A stretch of 64,000 nucleotides of DNA, from the IMG/VR virus record IMGVR_UViG_3300028805_001692, positions 45,613 through 109,612 of that record; one strand, 5' to 3'. Position numbers and translations under genes: made by a program. The notes under the pieces were generated by a model. That model had not been told where the DNA came from, searched no databases, and saw only the letters and a program-made list of their open reading frames with translations. This DNA comes from a virus. Its lineage: Duplodnaviria; Heunggongvirae; Uroviricota; Caudoviricetes. Positions 39,734-49,233 of this stretch are shown here, piece after piece (within the stretch, counting starts at the first letter, position 1; every line of letters starts with the position of its first letter).

Positions 39734-40808
39734 TAAGAACTTGAAGGTAATCGAAAATATAGAGAAAGAGATTGCCAGAATAGACAAAAAGGAAAATAGA
39801 CTATATTTCTTTGTTATTGATAGTAAAGGAGTTCCTTCTGGGTCATTGGAATATATCTATAACCTTGCATTGATTGCAAAGGCAGAGGGTTATGACGTTA
39901 GCATGCTTCATACAGAGGAAGAATTTGTTGGTGTTGGAGCATGGCTTGGTGAAGAATACACATCACTACCTCACTATAACGTAAATAAGGGAGAGGTTGG
40001 CACTTCACCTTCTGACATACTGTTTATACCAGAGATATACTCACAGGTGATGAATCAGACAAAGAATCTTCCTTGTAAGAGAGTTGCTATTCTCCAGAAC
40101 TATGACTATGTAGTTGAACAAATGCCGTATGCTGCACAATGGGGCGATTTCGGTATCATGGAGGGTATAACAAACTCAGACTACCAGGCAGCGGAGCTTA
40201 ATGAAGCTTTCCCCTATGTAAAGCTTAAGAAGGTAACTCCTTATATCTCAAAGATTTTTGGAAGCACCATTACTCCTAAGAAGATGGTCATCAATGTTAT
40301 TTCAAAAGACCAATCTGACATCAAGAGAATTGTTAAGCCGTTCTACTGGAAATACCCATACTTCAAGTGGGTGTCATTCAAGGAACTTAGAAATCTATCA
40401 AAGGAAGACTTTGCAGCAGCACTTCGTGAGGGTGCTATCACCATCGTTGTCGATGAGTCTGCAAGCTTCTCATATGCAGCCCTTGAAGCAATAAAGAGTG
40501 GAAGTATAACAATGGTTAAAGTACCAGACACAACCCTTGACTGGGCTGACGGAGACGAACTTCCAAACTGTTGCGTATGGTTCAATGACTATGATACACT
40601 CCACAAGCAGCTTGCAAGTGTTGTGCGCTCATGGATAACGGACAAGATACCATCAGTACTTGACGAAGAGGGGAAGAAGGTTCTGGCTAACTACTCGTAT
40701 GATAAAACCAAGAAAGAGTTTATGGAGTATGTTGACAGTGTTCTTGCAAAGAGAAAGGCTGAAATGGAAGAGTTACTAACACAAGTTAAAAAGCAGGAGG
40801 AAAAGTAA
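39726..40808 (+). CDS. putative GT-B-like glycosyltransferase
   Basis: Two alpha/beta halves. Second half 'ITIVVDESASFSYAALEAIKSGSITMV' resembles the GT-B C-terminal domain. Weak call. Confidence 0.3.
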   Translation: MSDKNLKVIENIEKEIARIDKKENRLYFFVIDSKGVPSGSLEYIYNLALIAKAEGYDVSMLHTEEEFVGVGAWLGEEYTSLPHYNVNKGEVGTSPSDILFIPEIYSQVMNQTKNLPCKRVAILQNYDYVVEQMPYAAQWGDFGIMEGITNSDYQAAELNEAFPYVKLKKVTPYISKIFGSTITPKKMVINVISKDQSDIKRIVKPFYWKYPYFKWVSFKELRNLSKEDFAAALREGAITIVVDESASFSYAALEAIKSGSITMVKVPDTTLDWADGDELPNCCVWFNDYDTLHKQLASVVRSWITDKIPSVLDEEGKKVLANYSYDKTKKEFMEYVDSVLAKRKAEMEELLTQVKKQEEK

Positions 40809-41602
40809 TGAAAGAACTAGGAATAATAATACCGATGCATGAGTTCGGTAAGGAAAATATAGAGTTGTTAAAGAAGGCTGTTGCATCAATACCAGAAGAT
40901 ACTCCAGTATGTTTATCAGTGCCTAAGGGTACTAAGGCAACACAGTTCAATGGATTGTCAAATGTCCCACTTGTAGTATCAACAGAGGACGGCACAACGT
41001 TCGCTGACCTTGTTAACAACGGTGTTAATGCATTCAACAACAACCCAGATGTAAAGTGGTTCTCAATTCTTGAGTTCGATGACACATACACACCTATTTG
41101 GCTAACTAATGTAAAAAAGTACATAGACTTTATGCCAGACACCAGTGTATTCATGTGTCTTGAGGATATTACAGAGTTCGGTACTGGCAAGTACATTGGC
41201 TTCGGAAACGAGGCTGCGTGGGCTTCTGCATTCTCAAACGAGCTTGGTTACATAGACCTGGACTGTCTTCAGAACTACTTTGACTTCTATCTTACTGGAA
41301 GCGTGTTCAACAAGGCTGACTGGAATGAGGTGGGCGGTCTTAAGCCATCAATCAAGATTACATTCTGGTATGAATGGCTTATGCGTCTGACAAACAAGAG
41401 TAAGAAGGTATTCGTAATACCTAAGGTTGGATATAATCACACCCTTGGCAGAAAGGGTTCTCTTGTTGATACATATAAGAACACCATGAGTAAGGAGGAA
41501 ACACAGTGGTGGTTCGACCTGGCAAAGCGTGAATTTTACCATAAAAATGATAGAAACAAAACATATGAGGATTATATAAAAAATGCTGAAAATAAAGAAT
41601 AA
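40808..41602 (+). CDS. GT-A fold glycosyltransferase-like protein
   Basis: 'LGIIIPMHE...' N-terminus and 'ILEFDDTY' DxD-like segment. ATGA overlap with the previous gene. Confidence 0.4.
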   Translation: MKELGIIIPMHEFGKENIELLKKAVASIPEDTPVCLSVPKGTKATQFNGLSNVPLVVSTEDGTTFADLVNNGVNAFNNNPDVKWFSILEFDDTYTPIWLTNVKKYIDFMPDTSVFMCLEDITEFGTGKYIGFGNEAAWASAFSNELGYIDLDCLQNYFDFYLTGSVFNKADWNEVGGLKPSIKITFWYEWLMRLTNKSKKVFVIPKVGYNHTLGRKGSLVDTYKNTMSKEETQWWFDLAKREFYHKNDRNKTYEDYIKNAENKE

Positions 41603-41654
41603 ATTTAATGGTTTTTTCTAACTAAGTGATATTTATAAGTAAAGAAATATTGCT

Positions 41655-42659
41655 ATGTTAAGAAGAATTACTAATAATGAGTTTATTAAAAGGGCTAAAG
41701 AAGCTCACGGAAATACTTATGACTACTCGAAAGTAGAATATACTAAAATGCACGAAAAGGTGTGTATTATATGCCCAGAGCACGGTGAATTTTGGCAAAC
41801 ACCACATAACCACCTTAAAGGGCAAAAATGCCCAAAATGTGCTAATGCTATGAGAGGTGATACGTTTAGAGATAGCCAAGATGAATTTGTAAGAAGGGCA
41901 AGAGAAGTTCACGGAGATAAATATGATTACTCCAAAGTTGAATACATAAACAACAGAACAAAAGTTTGTATAATATGCCCAGAACACGGTGAATTTTGGC
42001 AAAGACCATACTCTCATCTACAAGGATTTGGTTGTAAAAAATGTAACAATTTTGTTTATGATACAAGGTCATTCATAGCAAAGGCAAAAGAATTGTATGG
42101 TGAAAAATATGATTATTCTAGTGTGATATATAGACATAGTAAGGAAAAGGTGTGTATCATATGCCCAGAACACGGTGAATTTTTTATAACACCTAATAGT
42201 TTTTTGAGAGGCCATTCTTGTCCAATTTGCAAACAAAGTATGCTGGAAAATGAGATAGAGGAAATACTAATTGAAAATGAAATAAACTTTGTTAGACAGC
42301 AAATGTTTAATTGGTTAGGCTCTAAAAGAATTGATTTTTATTTACCAGAATATAAAACTGGTATAGAATGCCAAGGTGGGCAACACTTTAGAAATGTAGA
42401 ATGGTTTGGTGGAACTGACGGATTTACATATCGTAAGAAATGCGATAAAGAAAAGAAACTACTCTGTGAGGAACATAGTATTAAAGTGCTGTATTTCACA
42501 CACGAGAATTATGACTATTTTTTAGGTGAGAAAACAATCAAAACCGCCATTGAACTTTTAGAACGTATAAAGGAAGATAGAAAGAAGGAATATAACCCAG
42601 AAATACCAGGAAGCGACGAAGAGTATGCCCCTAACTCAGAAATAGGAGTTAAAGAGTAA
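41655..42659 (+). CDS. homing-endonuclease-like protein: triple zinc-ribbon repeats plus DUF559/Vsr-like nuclease domain
   Basis: Three repeats of 'YDYSKVEY...KVCIICPEHGEFWQxPxxHLxGxGCPKC'. C-terminal 'IDFYLPEYKTGIECQGGQHF' is the PD-(D/E)XK DUF559 core. Confidence 0.55.
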   Translation: MLRRITNNEFIKRAKEAHGNTYDYSKVEYTKMHEKVCIICPEHGEFWQTPHNHLKGQKCPKCANAMRGDTFRDSQDEFVRRAREVHGDKYDYSKVEYINNRTKVCIICPEHGEFWQRPYSHLQGFGCKKCNNFVYDTRSFIAKAKELYGEKYDYSSVIYRHSKEKVCIICPEHGEFFITPNSFLRGHSCPICKQSMLENEIEEILIENEINFVRQQMFNWLGSKRIDFYLPEYKTGIECQGGQHFRNVEWFGGTDGFTYRKKCDKEKKLLCEEHSIKVLYFTHENYDYFLGEKTIKTAIELLERIKEDRKKEYNPEIPGSDEEYAPNSEIGVKE

Positions 42660-42696
42660 GATTTAGTAATACGTGTATTTATATTTTGTTAGTTTC

Positions 42697-42732
42697 AATG
42701 GCATTAGTTGTGATGGTTAATGCCATTTTTTA
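42697..42732 (+). terminator. intrinsic terminator
   Basis: 10-bp stem aatggcatta / taatgccatt, 11-nt loop, T6 run. Confidence 0.55.
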
Positions 42733-42875
42733 ACACATCAAGAAGGCACACGAAGATTTTCTTTGGAAAATGTGAAAGAAAGTGTGTTTTAATTACGCAG
42801 ATTTGCCTTTGATGAAATATTTAGTATTATAAAATAAACGGGGGCAAAACCCCACATTTATAAATATTATCAAAG

Positions 42876-43649
42876 ATGTCAGAAGTTTGTGTAACTGAAG
42901 AAAAAGTAAAGAAAAAGAGAGGAAGGAAACCATCCAAGGAGAGAAAGGGTTATTTCTATGAGCGTGAGGAGCAGGCAGTAGTTGATTATATTTCAACTGA
43001 AGACGAGAGAGAGAAGAACCAGATTTTCAATACCATCTTGAAACCAGCCTTCACGAAGATGATTGAATCAATCATAAGAAGATATAACCTTTATCCACCA
43101 GATGAAGAATTCCAGGAGACATTTGATGACACGATTTCTTTCCTCATGACAAAGCTATCGTGTTTTGACCCTACTACAAACTACAAGGCATATTCGTATT
43201 GTGGAACAATATGCAAGAACTACCTTATCTACAAAATTAATCAGTTTACGAAAAACCAGAAGAGGAACACCTCATATGATAATCCCTTTGACAACTCACA
43301 GGGAGGATTTAACGATGATATAAGGTATTCCTATAGTGACTATGACACTGGTAAGACATTCATGTCGGAACTTACTGGAAGTACTGTTGACAGTATAAAG
43401 AAGATTCTGGATGACGGGGAAAGACTCAGACTTAATGCAAACGAGAAGAAAGTTGGTCTTGCCCTTATACAACTCATGACTAATTGGGAGGAACTATTCG
43501 CTCAAATGGGAAGTAATAAGTTCAACAAGAGTTCCATTCTGTTATATCTTAAGGAAACCACTATGCTCAATACAAAGGAGATTAGGGATGCCATTAGGGT
43601 TTATAAGAAAAAATACTACGACGTGAAGTGGAATCTTATCAATGAATAA
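42876..43649 (+). CDS. gp55-like late sigma factor (sigma region-2-like)
   Basis: 'IFNTILKPAFTKMIESIIRRYNL' and 'TNYKAYSYCGTICKNYLIYKINQFTKNQKR' parallel sigma regions 2.1/2.2 and T4 gp55 '[25 protein letters not shown]' (gp55 sequence recalled from memory). A TTTATAAATATTA motif lies immediately upstream (42857-42869). Confidence 0.45.
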   Translation: MSEVCVTEEKVKKKRGRKPSKERKGYFYEREEQAVVDYISTEDEREKNQIFNTILKPAFTKMIESIIRRYNLYPPDEEFQETFDDTISFLMTKLSCFDPTTNYKAYSYCGTICKNYLIYKINQFTKNQKRNTSYDNPFDNSQGGFNDDIRYSYSDYDTGKTFMSELTGSTVDSIKKILDDGERLRLNANEKKVGLALIQLMTNWEELFAQMGSNKFNKSSILLYLKETTMLNTKEIRDAIRVYKKKYYDVKWNLINE

Positions 43650-43679
43650 TCCAATTTACAATATTTATAACAAAAAACT

Positions 43680-44081
43680 ATGGCTAAGCTAAAAATAGAA
43701 CTAAACGACATACAGAACATTAGGGATTTGCTACAGGAAACCTACAGGCTTGCAGACGAGCAGATTGTTCAGTCACAGAATGAAATTAACAAGCTATCAA
43801 CTGCAACTAACCTACAGGAAGAACCTATGGATAGCAAAGCCAAGTATGCCAAGGCAATAAACGACTACCTTGGACTTAAGGATAAGGCTATTGCCAAGAA
43901 ACTCGATATTGCAAAACTCCTTACAGACATCCTTCACCACAATGGTGATGTAAAGGGTGCTCTTGAGAATGGAGAAGCAGCTAAAAACGTATCATTCAAC
44001 TTCGAGGATATAAGGAAGATTGTGGATGATTCACTTAATGAACAGGAAAAAACTAAAACTATACAGCTTAATAAGAAGTAA
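43680..44081 (+). CDS. hypothetical coiled-coil protein
   Basis: 133-aa ORF. TAATG coupling to the next gene. Confidence 0.4.
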   Translation: MAKLKIELNDIQNIRDLLQETYRLADEQIVQSQNEINKLSTATNLQEEPMDSKAKYAKAINDYLGLKDKAIAKKLDIAKLLTDILHHNGDVKGALENGEAAKNVSFNFEDIRKIVDDSLNEQEKTKTIQLNKK

Positions 44082-46288
44082 TGGCTAGTCTAAAGACCAT
44101 ACAGGCTGATACAATGGCTTCAATCGATACAGCCAAAGCGTTGACAGATAAGGTTTTAAGCATTCTTACTATAATGTTAGAATCACCTTCTTTGTCACTC
44201 ACTTTTGCGACTAATCCTATCGGTTACCTGTTACAGCTACTTGAGCACCTTGGTGTTACATATGAAGAGCTACAGGAATTCCTAACAAAGCTCCTCATAT
44301 ACATAATACCAGCCCTTGAAATAAGTGTTAAGGCGATTCTTCTTACCAATCTTAAGAAGATGATTTCATGCTCTATAGACCCAAGAATACCAGAGCAGTA
44401 TAGAAAAAGACATGTAACACCTACAGACCAGAATACCGTAAATAGGTATGGAATAGAAATCAATATAGAATCTATAGACCTGCTTGACAAACTGTCAACC
44501 AACCCTCTTTCAGATGAAGGTAGGGATATGTATTTCGGTCTACAGAACGTTGATGATGTATACAAGTTTGCAAGGGCTGATGACTTTGATGCATTCCTGT
44601 GGTTTGTAATGCACAAGGGAAAATTCCCTAATTCTTCTAATATTAGTGTTGATAATACAACATTCAATGACCCAATACACGGTCTTGGAAACGAAGGAAT
44701 AGAGGCGGTCGTAACACCAGCGTCTGGAACGCTTTTATCTGCACTTGAAATAACCATACCGCAAAATACTAGTGCAAAAAGGAAAAGTTCTACTATCTTA
44801 CCAGGAAACACATTTAGATATTCTGGTGCAAGTCCTAACGTTATTTCAATGTGTATTGACGCACAGCGTAATGAGAAAAATGAAATTATCAGCAATACCC
44901 TTGTTCCTGTGTCAGATGACTGGGCTAGTGTAAACTGGTATATAAGACGTGCCGACCAACTTGGTAAGAACCTTGGATTTGGTTGGCACTATGACAAGGA
45001 CTCAAAAACGGTTAACAGCAATAAACAATCAAGGGATTTCTCAAAGGAGAGGGCTATATGTAACCTTCAGTATATGGGCATTGTTGATGAAGCACCTATT
45101 ACTGGACTAGTAAACAACAAGATAAGGTTTACGATATTACCAAAACCATTAATACACATCCCAGATTTGGCACAGGGAGAACCGCCTTGGAGATTCAAGA
45201 GGATGCTATTTAATGCACAGGGTGATTATGATGCTAATGGAAAGTACACTCTTGCAGACATTTCAGACAGTCAAGACCTAACATATCTTGGCGGTGCTAT
45301 TACAATAGAGCCTAAGAGTGGAAAGGTTACTGTTAACAATAAGGAAGAGGTCGTTAAAAACTTGATAGAGTGCTACCCAGGACTTACAGTATACGAGTTC
45401 AACTATGACTATGTAATGGGTCTTAAACTCTTCGATGCAAAGGTACTTGCTACAACCCTTATAGACTCTGTTGTTAACATGAGAATGGGTATAACCCTTG
45501 GACTTGATGCAAGACACCAGGAAGCTACAGAGGAACTGAAACAAATCATCAAGTCAATAATCAATACAGATGATTCTGAAATTAATGATTGCTTCTTTAC
45601 ATTTGATAACAGTAAATATGATGCACTGTTACAGAAAACACAGGAGAAAAAGGCTAAACAGCAGAAGTTCGGTAATGTAACAAGGGATAGTGGATTATTC
45701 AATTCAGTCAGTGAAATACTTGCTGAGTATGATACGAAGACAGAGCTTCATGAACAGATGGATGTGCTTCATAGAGCCATTACACAGGCTGCTGTGACAA
45801 TCAGTGAAGGTAGTGATGAGAAAGACCAGTACGGTATTAAATATGCATTCGTATTTGACCTTATAGAGAACCTTGTACTTGCTATCGTTAATGCCATACT
45901 GAGTCCTAAGGTTATGATGCTCCTTGAGGTTAACCAGCAATTGATGGGTGGTACTTGGGAGAAGATTACCTTTAAGGATATTATCGTTGCAATGCGTAGC
46001 ATCATAGTTGCAATAATCAATGAGGTTAAGGACTTGATTATACAGGAATTACTTAAATTCTTGCTTGATAAACTTCGTCCTATCATTGAAATGCTTTCTT
46101 CACTTATCGTTAGAGAAAGACTTGATGATATTGCAGAAGCTATGGCAGAAATCATACGTAACTGTCCTGTCATATGGTTCAAATTCGGAAATCAGAATCT
46201 TGAAACAAAACTTGATACAGTTGATTATGCTGATATAGATGTCAGTTCAAATAAGAATGGCGAACAACCTTCAACTAATAAGTGTTAA
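44081..46288 (+). CDS. hypothetical large structural protein, possibly baseplate
   Basis: 735-aa ORF. Co-directional and coupled with the downstream spike-like gene. Confidence 0.4.
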   Translation: MASLKTIQADTMASIDTAKALTDKVLSILTIMLESPSLSLTFATNPIGYLLQLLEHLGVTYEELQEFLTKLLIYIIPALEISVKAILLTNLKKMISCSIDPRIPEQYRKRHVTPTDQNTVNRYGIEINIESIDLLDKLSTNPLSDEGRDMYFGLQNVDDVYKFARADDFDAFLWFVMHKGKFPNSSNISVDNTTFNDPIHGLGNEGIEAVVTPASGTLLSALEITIPQNTSAKRKSSTILPGNTFRYSGASPNVISMCIDAQRNEKNEIISNTLVPVSDDWASVNWYIRRADQLGKNLGFGWHYDKDSKTVNSNKQSRDFSKERAICNLQYMGIVDEAPITGLVNNKIRFTILPKPLIHIPDLAQGEPPWRFKRMLFNAQGDYDANGKYTLADISDSQDLTYLGGAITIEPKSGKVTVNNKEEVVKNLIECYPGLTVYEFNYDYVMGLKLFDAKVLATTLIDSVVNMRMGITLGLDARHQEATEELKQIIKSIINTDDSEINDCFFTFDNSKYDALLQKTQEKKAKQQKFGNVTRDSGLFNSVSEILAEYDTKTELHEQMDVLHRAITQAAVTISEGSDEKDQYGIKYAFVFDLIENLVLAIVNAILSPKVMMLLEVNQQLMGGTWEKITFKDIIVAMRSIIVAIINEVKDLIIQELLKFLLDKLRPIIEMLSSLIVRERLDDIAEAMAEIIRNCPVIWFKFGNQNLETKLDTVDYADIDVSSNKNGEQPSTNKC

Positions 46289-46292
46289 AATT

Positions 46293-46649
46293 ATGGGTAT
46301 ATCACAAATTTGTCAGACTATTAAAAATTATTTCGAAAACATAAGAACCCCTTTCCCACAAGTTCCAAGAATTCTATTGGTTTGTTCTATGATTAGGAGA
46401 CCTGGGCTTTCGGTAGTTAGCTCAGTCTCAAATGTTGTAAAAGACTTGAACAGGCTTGGAATACCAACAGAACCAATGCCAGATGGAAGTGCGAATCTTA
46501 CCGTTGGATTTGTATTCTCATCAACAAAGGAAACCTATAGAGCCATAAGGAAAGATATGTCTATACAGGTTGGAATACAGCCTGGAAGTATAAATAATGT
46601 TGGAACAACAAATATGAGTCCTGGTATGGGATTCGGTGCTGCATTTTAA
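46293..46649 (+). CDS. hypothetical small protein
   Basis: The ORF track starts at 46239 and overlaps the upstream gene. The internal ATG at 46293 (MGISQICQ...) follows the upstream stop. Confidence 0.35.
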   Translation: MGISQICQTIKNYFENIRTPFPQVPRILLVCSMIRRPGLSVVSSVSNVVKDLNRLGIPTEPMPDGSANLTVGFVFSSTKETYRAIRKDMSIQVGIQPGSINNVGTTNMSPGMGFGAAF

Positions 46650-46651
46650 TT

Positions 46652-46840
46652 ATGAAGAAAGTAGATTTCACAAAGTTATCGAATGCTGAGATTAACCTAA
46701 AGATTATGGGTTATGAAAACGAGTATGAGATAAAAAAAGGTAAAATATTAGACTTAGTTATGGAGCTTCAAGAACTTGATGCCCTGTACATAGAAGCAAA
46801 TAAGGAACTTGAAAAAAGAGGAGTGTTAAACGATGGGTAA
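46652..46840 (+). CDS. hypothetical small protein
   Basis: 62-aa ORF, coupled to its neighbours. Confidence 0.3.
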   Translation: MKKVDFTKLSNAEINLKIMGYENEYEIKKGKILDLVMELQELDALYIEANKELEKRGVLNDG

Positions 46841-47750
46841 AGTATTAGTTAAAATAGGTACTGTTATCGAGGTAGAGGATAAGTTCTCTGCCAATGGTGC
46901 TGATTCTCTCAGAGTACGTGTTAAACTTAACGAAGATAAGGCTAGAACGCCTAACAACATACCTTGGGCATGGCCTCTCCTTCCTAAGACACTACAGAGT
47001 GTACCAAAAATAGGTGAGGGTGTATTAGTAATTGCTGATGCTGTTGATGAATTTGCAGAAGGACAAAGATACTACATAGGACCACTTATCTCACAACCAC
47101 AATATCATGAGTTCTGTCCTGGTAAATATGGCACTTCATTATTGCAGGCTTCAGAACATCTTCCACTTGAAAAGATTTCGGACGAGGCAATGACAAATGG
47201 TGCTTTTCCAAAAGCAGAAGATATTGCACTCATAGGTAGAGGACAGGAAGATGTTGTACTTAAATTCGATAAGGATTCTAAGACTAGTGAGGTTGACTTG
47301 AGGGCTGGAATAAGACAAAACCCTATGTCTTCTGATAATCCTAATATGATAGGCAATATCATATTCAACGGTGCTGACCCAGCATATATACAGTTGAAGT
47401 ATAAAAACGGTCTTGCAACCCAGCAAAAGCACCCTTGTTGTAGTGCTGTAAACATCGTCGCTGATTATGTCAATATAATGAGTAACTACGACTATAATGT
47501 ATCAGATAATATTCATAATAGAGATACACTTGTTGATGAGTCGAAATTCGATGAGACAATGAATAAACTGCACCAAGTTCCAAAGGGAGATAAACTGGTA
47601 GAATTGTTAACCATTATAAAGGGTGCTATAATGCACCACGTACACCCTTGGGCAGGAATGGAGCAATGTGGCGACTGGTCTGGCTTTATCAAGAAACTGG
47701 AAGGTTATGACATTGAATCAATACTATCAGATTTTGTTAGAATATCATAA
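46833..47750 (+). CDS. baseplate central spike/hub protein (gpV / gp5 N-terminal OB-fold-like)
   Basis: 'KIGTVIEVED...SLRVRVKL...IPWAWPLLP...VPKIGEGVLVI' follows the Phage_base_V pattern (GTVxxVD...RVRV...WLPW...P.VGExVxVL). Confidence 0.5.
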   Translation: MGKVLVKIGTVIEVEDKFSANGADSLRVRVKLNEDKARTPNNIPWAWPLLPKTLQSVPKIGEGVLVIADAVDEFAEGQRYYIGPLISQPQYHEFCPGKYGTSLLQASEHLPLEKISDEAMTNGAFPKAEDIALIGRGQEDVVLKFDKDSKTSEVDLRAGIRQNPMSSDNPNMIGNIIFNGADPAYIQLKYKNGLATQQKHPCCSAVNIVADYVNIMSNYDYNVSDNIHNRDTLVDESKFDETMNKLHQVPKGDKLVELLTIIKGAIMHHVHPWAGMEQCGDWSGFIKKLEGYDIESILSDFVRIS

Positions 47751-47755
47751 TGAAA

Positions 47756-47789
47756 ATGCAGCCACGTGGTGACTGCATTTTTTTTTATT
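47756..47789. terminator. bidirectional intrinsic terminator
   Basis: Hairpin atgcagccacgtggtgactgcat followed by T9, between the convergent spike-like and PhoH genes. Confidence 0.55.
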
Positions 47790-48591
47790 CCCAATTGTCT
47801 AGTATTTTTGTTATTAATGGATTCCTTACTATATCATCCCTGGTGAATTCAGTTACGCCAACCTCATCAAGTTCTCCAAGGCGTTCTGTTGCATATTCAA
47901 GACCACATACAGCCTTTTTGTTTACTATATCACGCCTGTTAACCTGTTCACAGTCACCAGTAATAATCACCTTACTATTTTCTCCTATTCTAGTAAGCAA
48001 TAGTTTCATGTTTTCCTTGGTATATTGTTCAGCTTCATTAACAAGGATAAGTGAGTCATCGAATGTTTTGCCAAGTACGTAGTTTATAAATTCATACCTT
48101 ATGTACCCACTGTTAATTAAATTACCAGCTATTACGGTGTAATCTGCATTACCACTGTTCTTAAGAATTTTAGATATTGTTTCCTGGTCACATTCCTTAA
48201 ATGGTCTAGTTTTATCCTCGAAATCACCCTTTAAATAACCAAGGTTTAGGTCTATACCACCCGCTGGGGCTGTAGGTACAATCATAACGATGTTTGAGAA
48301 CCTACCCTCTTTCAATTCCTTTAGGGCAAATGCCAAGGATATGTAGGATTTTCCTGTACCAGGAGCACCTATACCAAAACATATCTGGTTATTTTTATTC
48401 TTCAGAACATTAAGAAACTCTTTCTGCCTCTCATTCTTGCACTTGATTTCTAATTTAAAACTTAAGGCTTTTAAGTGAGTTGCGTACCCACAAGACGTAA
48501 GATAATTAAGAGCACTGTCTTTTTTCATCTTTTCCTCAATGAACTCCATCTCAAGTTCATCAATGTCTTTTAAATTCTTTTTTCTACCCAT
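47785..48591 (-). CDS. phoH: PhoH-like ATPase
   Basis: Walker A 'GIGAPGTGKS' and PhoH signature 'VIITGDCEQVNRRD'. Confidence 0.85.
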   Translation of the reverse strand: MGRKKNLKDIDELEMEFIEEKMKKDSALNYLTSCGYATHLKALSFKLEIKCKNERQKEFLNVLKNKNNQICFGIGAPGTGKSYISLAFALKELKEGRFSNIVMIVPTAPAGGIDLNLGYLKGDFEDKTRPFKECDQETISKILKNSGNADYTVIAGNLINSGYIRYEFINYVLGKTFDDSLILVNEAEQYTKENMKLLLTRIGENSKVIITGDCEQVNRRDIVNKKAVCGLEYATERLGELDEVGVTEFTRDDIVRNPLITKILDNWE

Positions 48592-48738
48592 AAAAAAATT
48601 AGTTAAGAAAAAAGCGCAGTATCCTATCAGAAGGTACTGCGCTCTTTATTATGTATATATGTAATGTATTTCAATTCCATATTAGTTCCACGATTTATCT
48701 ATAAATATCTTAAAAAGCGTTAAAATAGTGCCAAAAAT

Positions 48739-48769
48739 TTTGGTATATTAGATTTTTTCTGTATCTTTG
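48739..48769 (+). promoter_or_regulatory. Bacteroidota sigma-A type promoter
   Basis: -33 TTTG at 48739-48742, 19-nt spacer, -7 TAtcTTTG at 48762-48769. ATG at 48788. Confidence 0.55.
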
Positions 48770-48787
48770 CCGAGAATTTAAAAACAA

Positions 48788-49201
48788 ATGCACATGGAGA
48801 ATAAGAGAAAGAGTTTCCATCGAGGAGTTGGTGAGTTCTACGTTGTAAAGCAACTGAACCAACCAGTGTCAATTAACAAGCAAGAACTGACCTCACATCT
48901 TAAGGAAGAGAGAGGTGAAAGGTCAGACCTAGTAGCTTCAAGACTGTCAGACCCACTCTATTCATTCGTGGTAGATACTGGTCATCCAAATGGTGATGAG
49001 ATTCACACCATAACTGAGAGGGCTGAGATTATCATCCAGAATAAGAGAACAATGAATGTTGTGACAATCCTGTTTGCGAGGCCTCCTCAGATAACAAGGT
49101 ACTGGAAGAAAATTAGGAAGGCTCTTCCTCGTGATGACTCGTTCGACCTGGTTATGAGATATGCCAAGAGCAACTTGGACAGAAACCTCAATCATATGTG
49201 A
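48788..49201 (+). CDS. hypothetical protein (moron region)
   Basis: 137-aa ORF with GC above the phage average. Confidence 0.4.
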   Translation: MHMENKRKSFHRGVGEFYVVKQLNQPVSINKQELTSHLKEERGERSDLVASRLSDPLYSFVVDTGHPNGDEIHTITERAEIIIQNKRTMNVVTILFARPPQITRYWKKIRKALPRDDSFDLVMRYAKSNLDRNLNHM

Positions 49202-49233
49202 TTTCTTAAAAGGTGTTAAAAAATACATTAAAA

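Noticed and set aside
48606-48640. Hairpin gcgcagta...tactgcgc upstream of phoH, possibly a terminator
   Set aside because: It lies in the 5' leader of the minus-strand phoH gene within a divergent promoter region. There is no upstream minus-strand gene for it to terminate. It may be a leader structure, but the evidence is weak.
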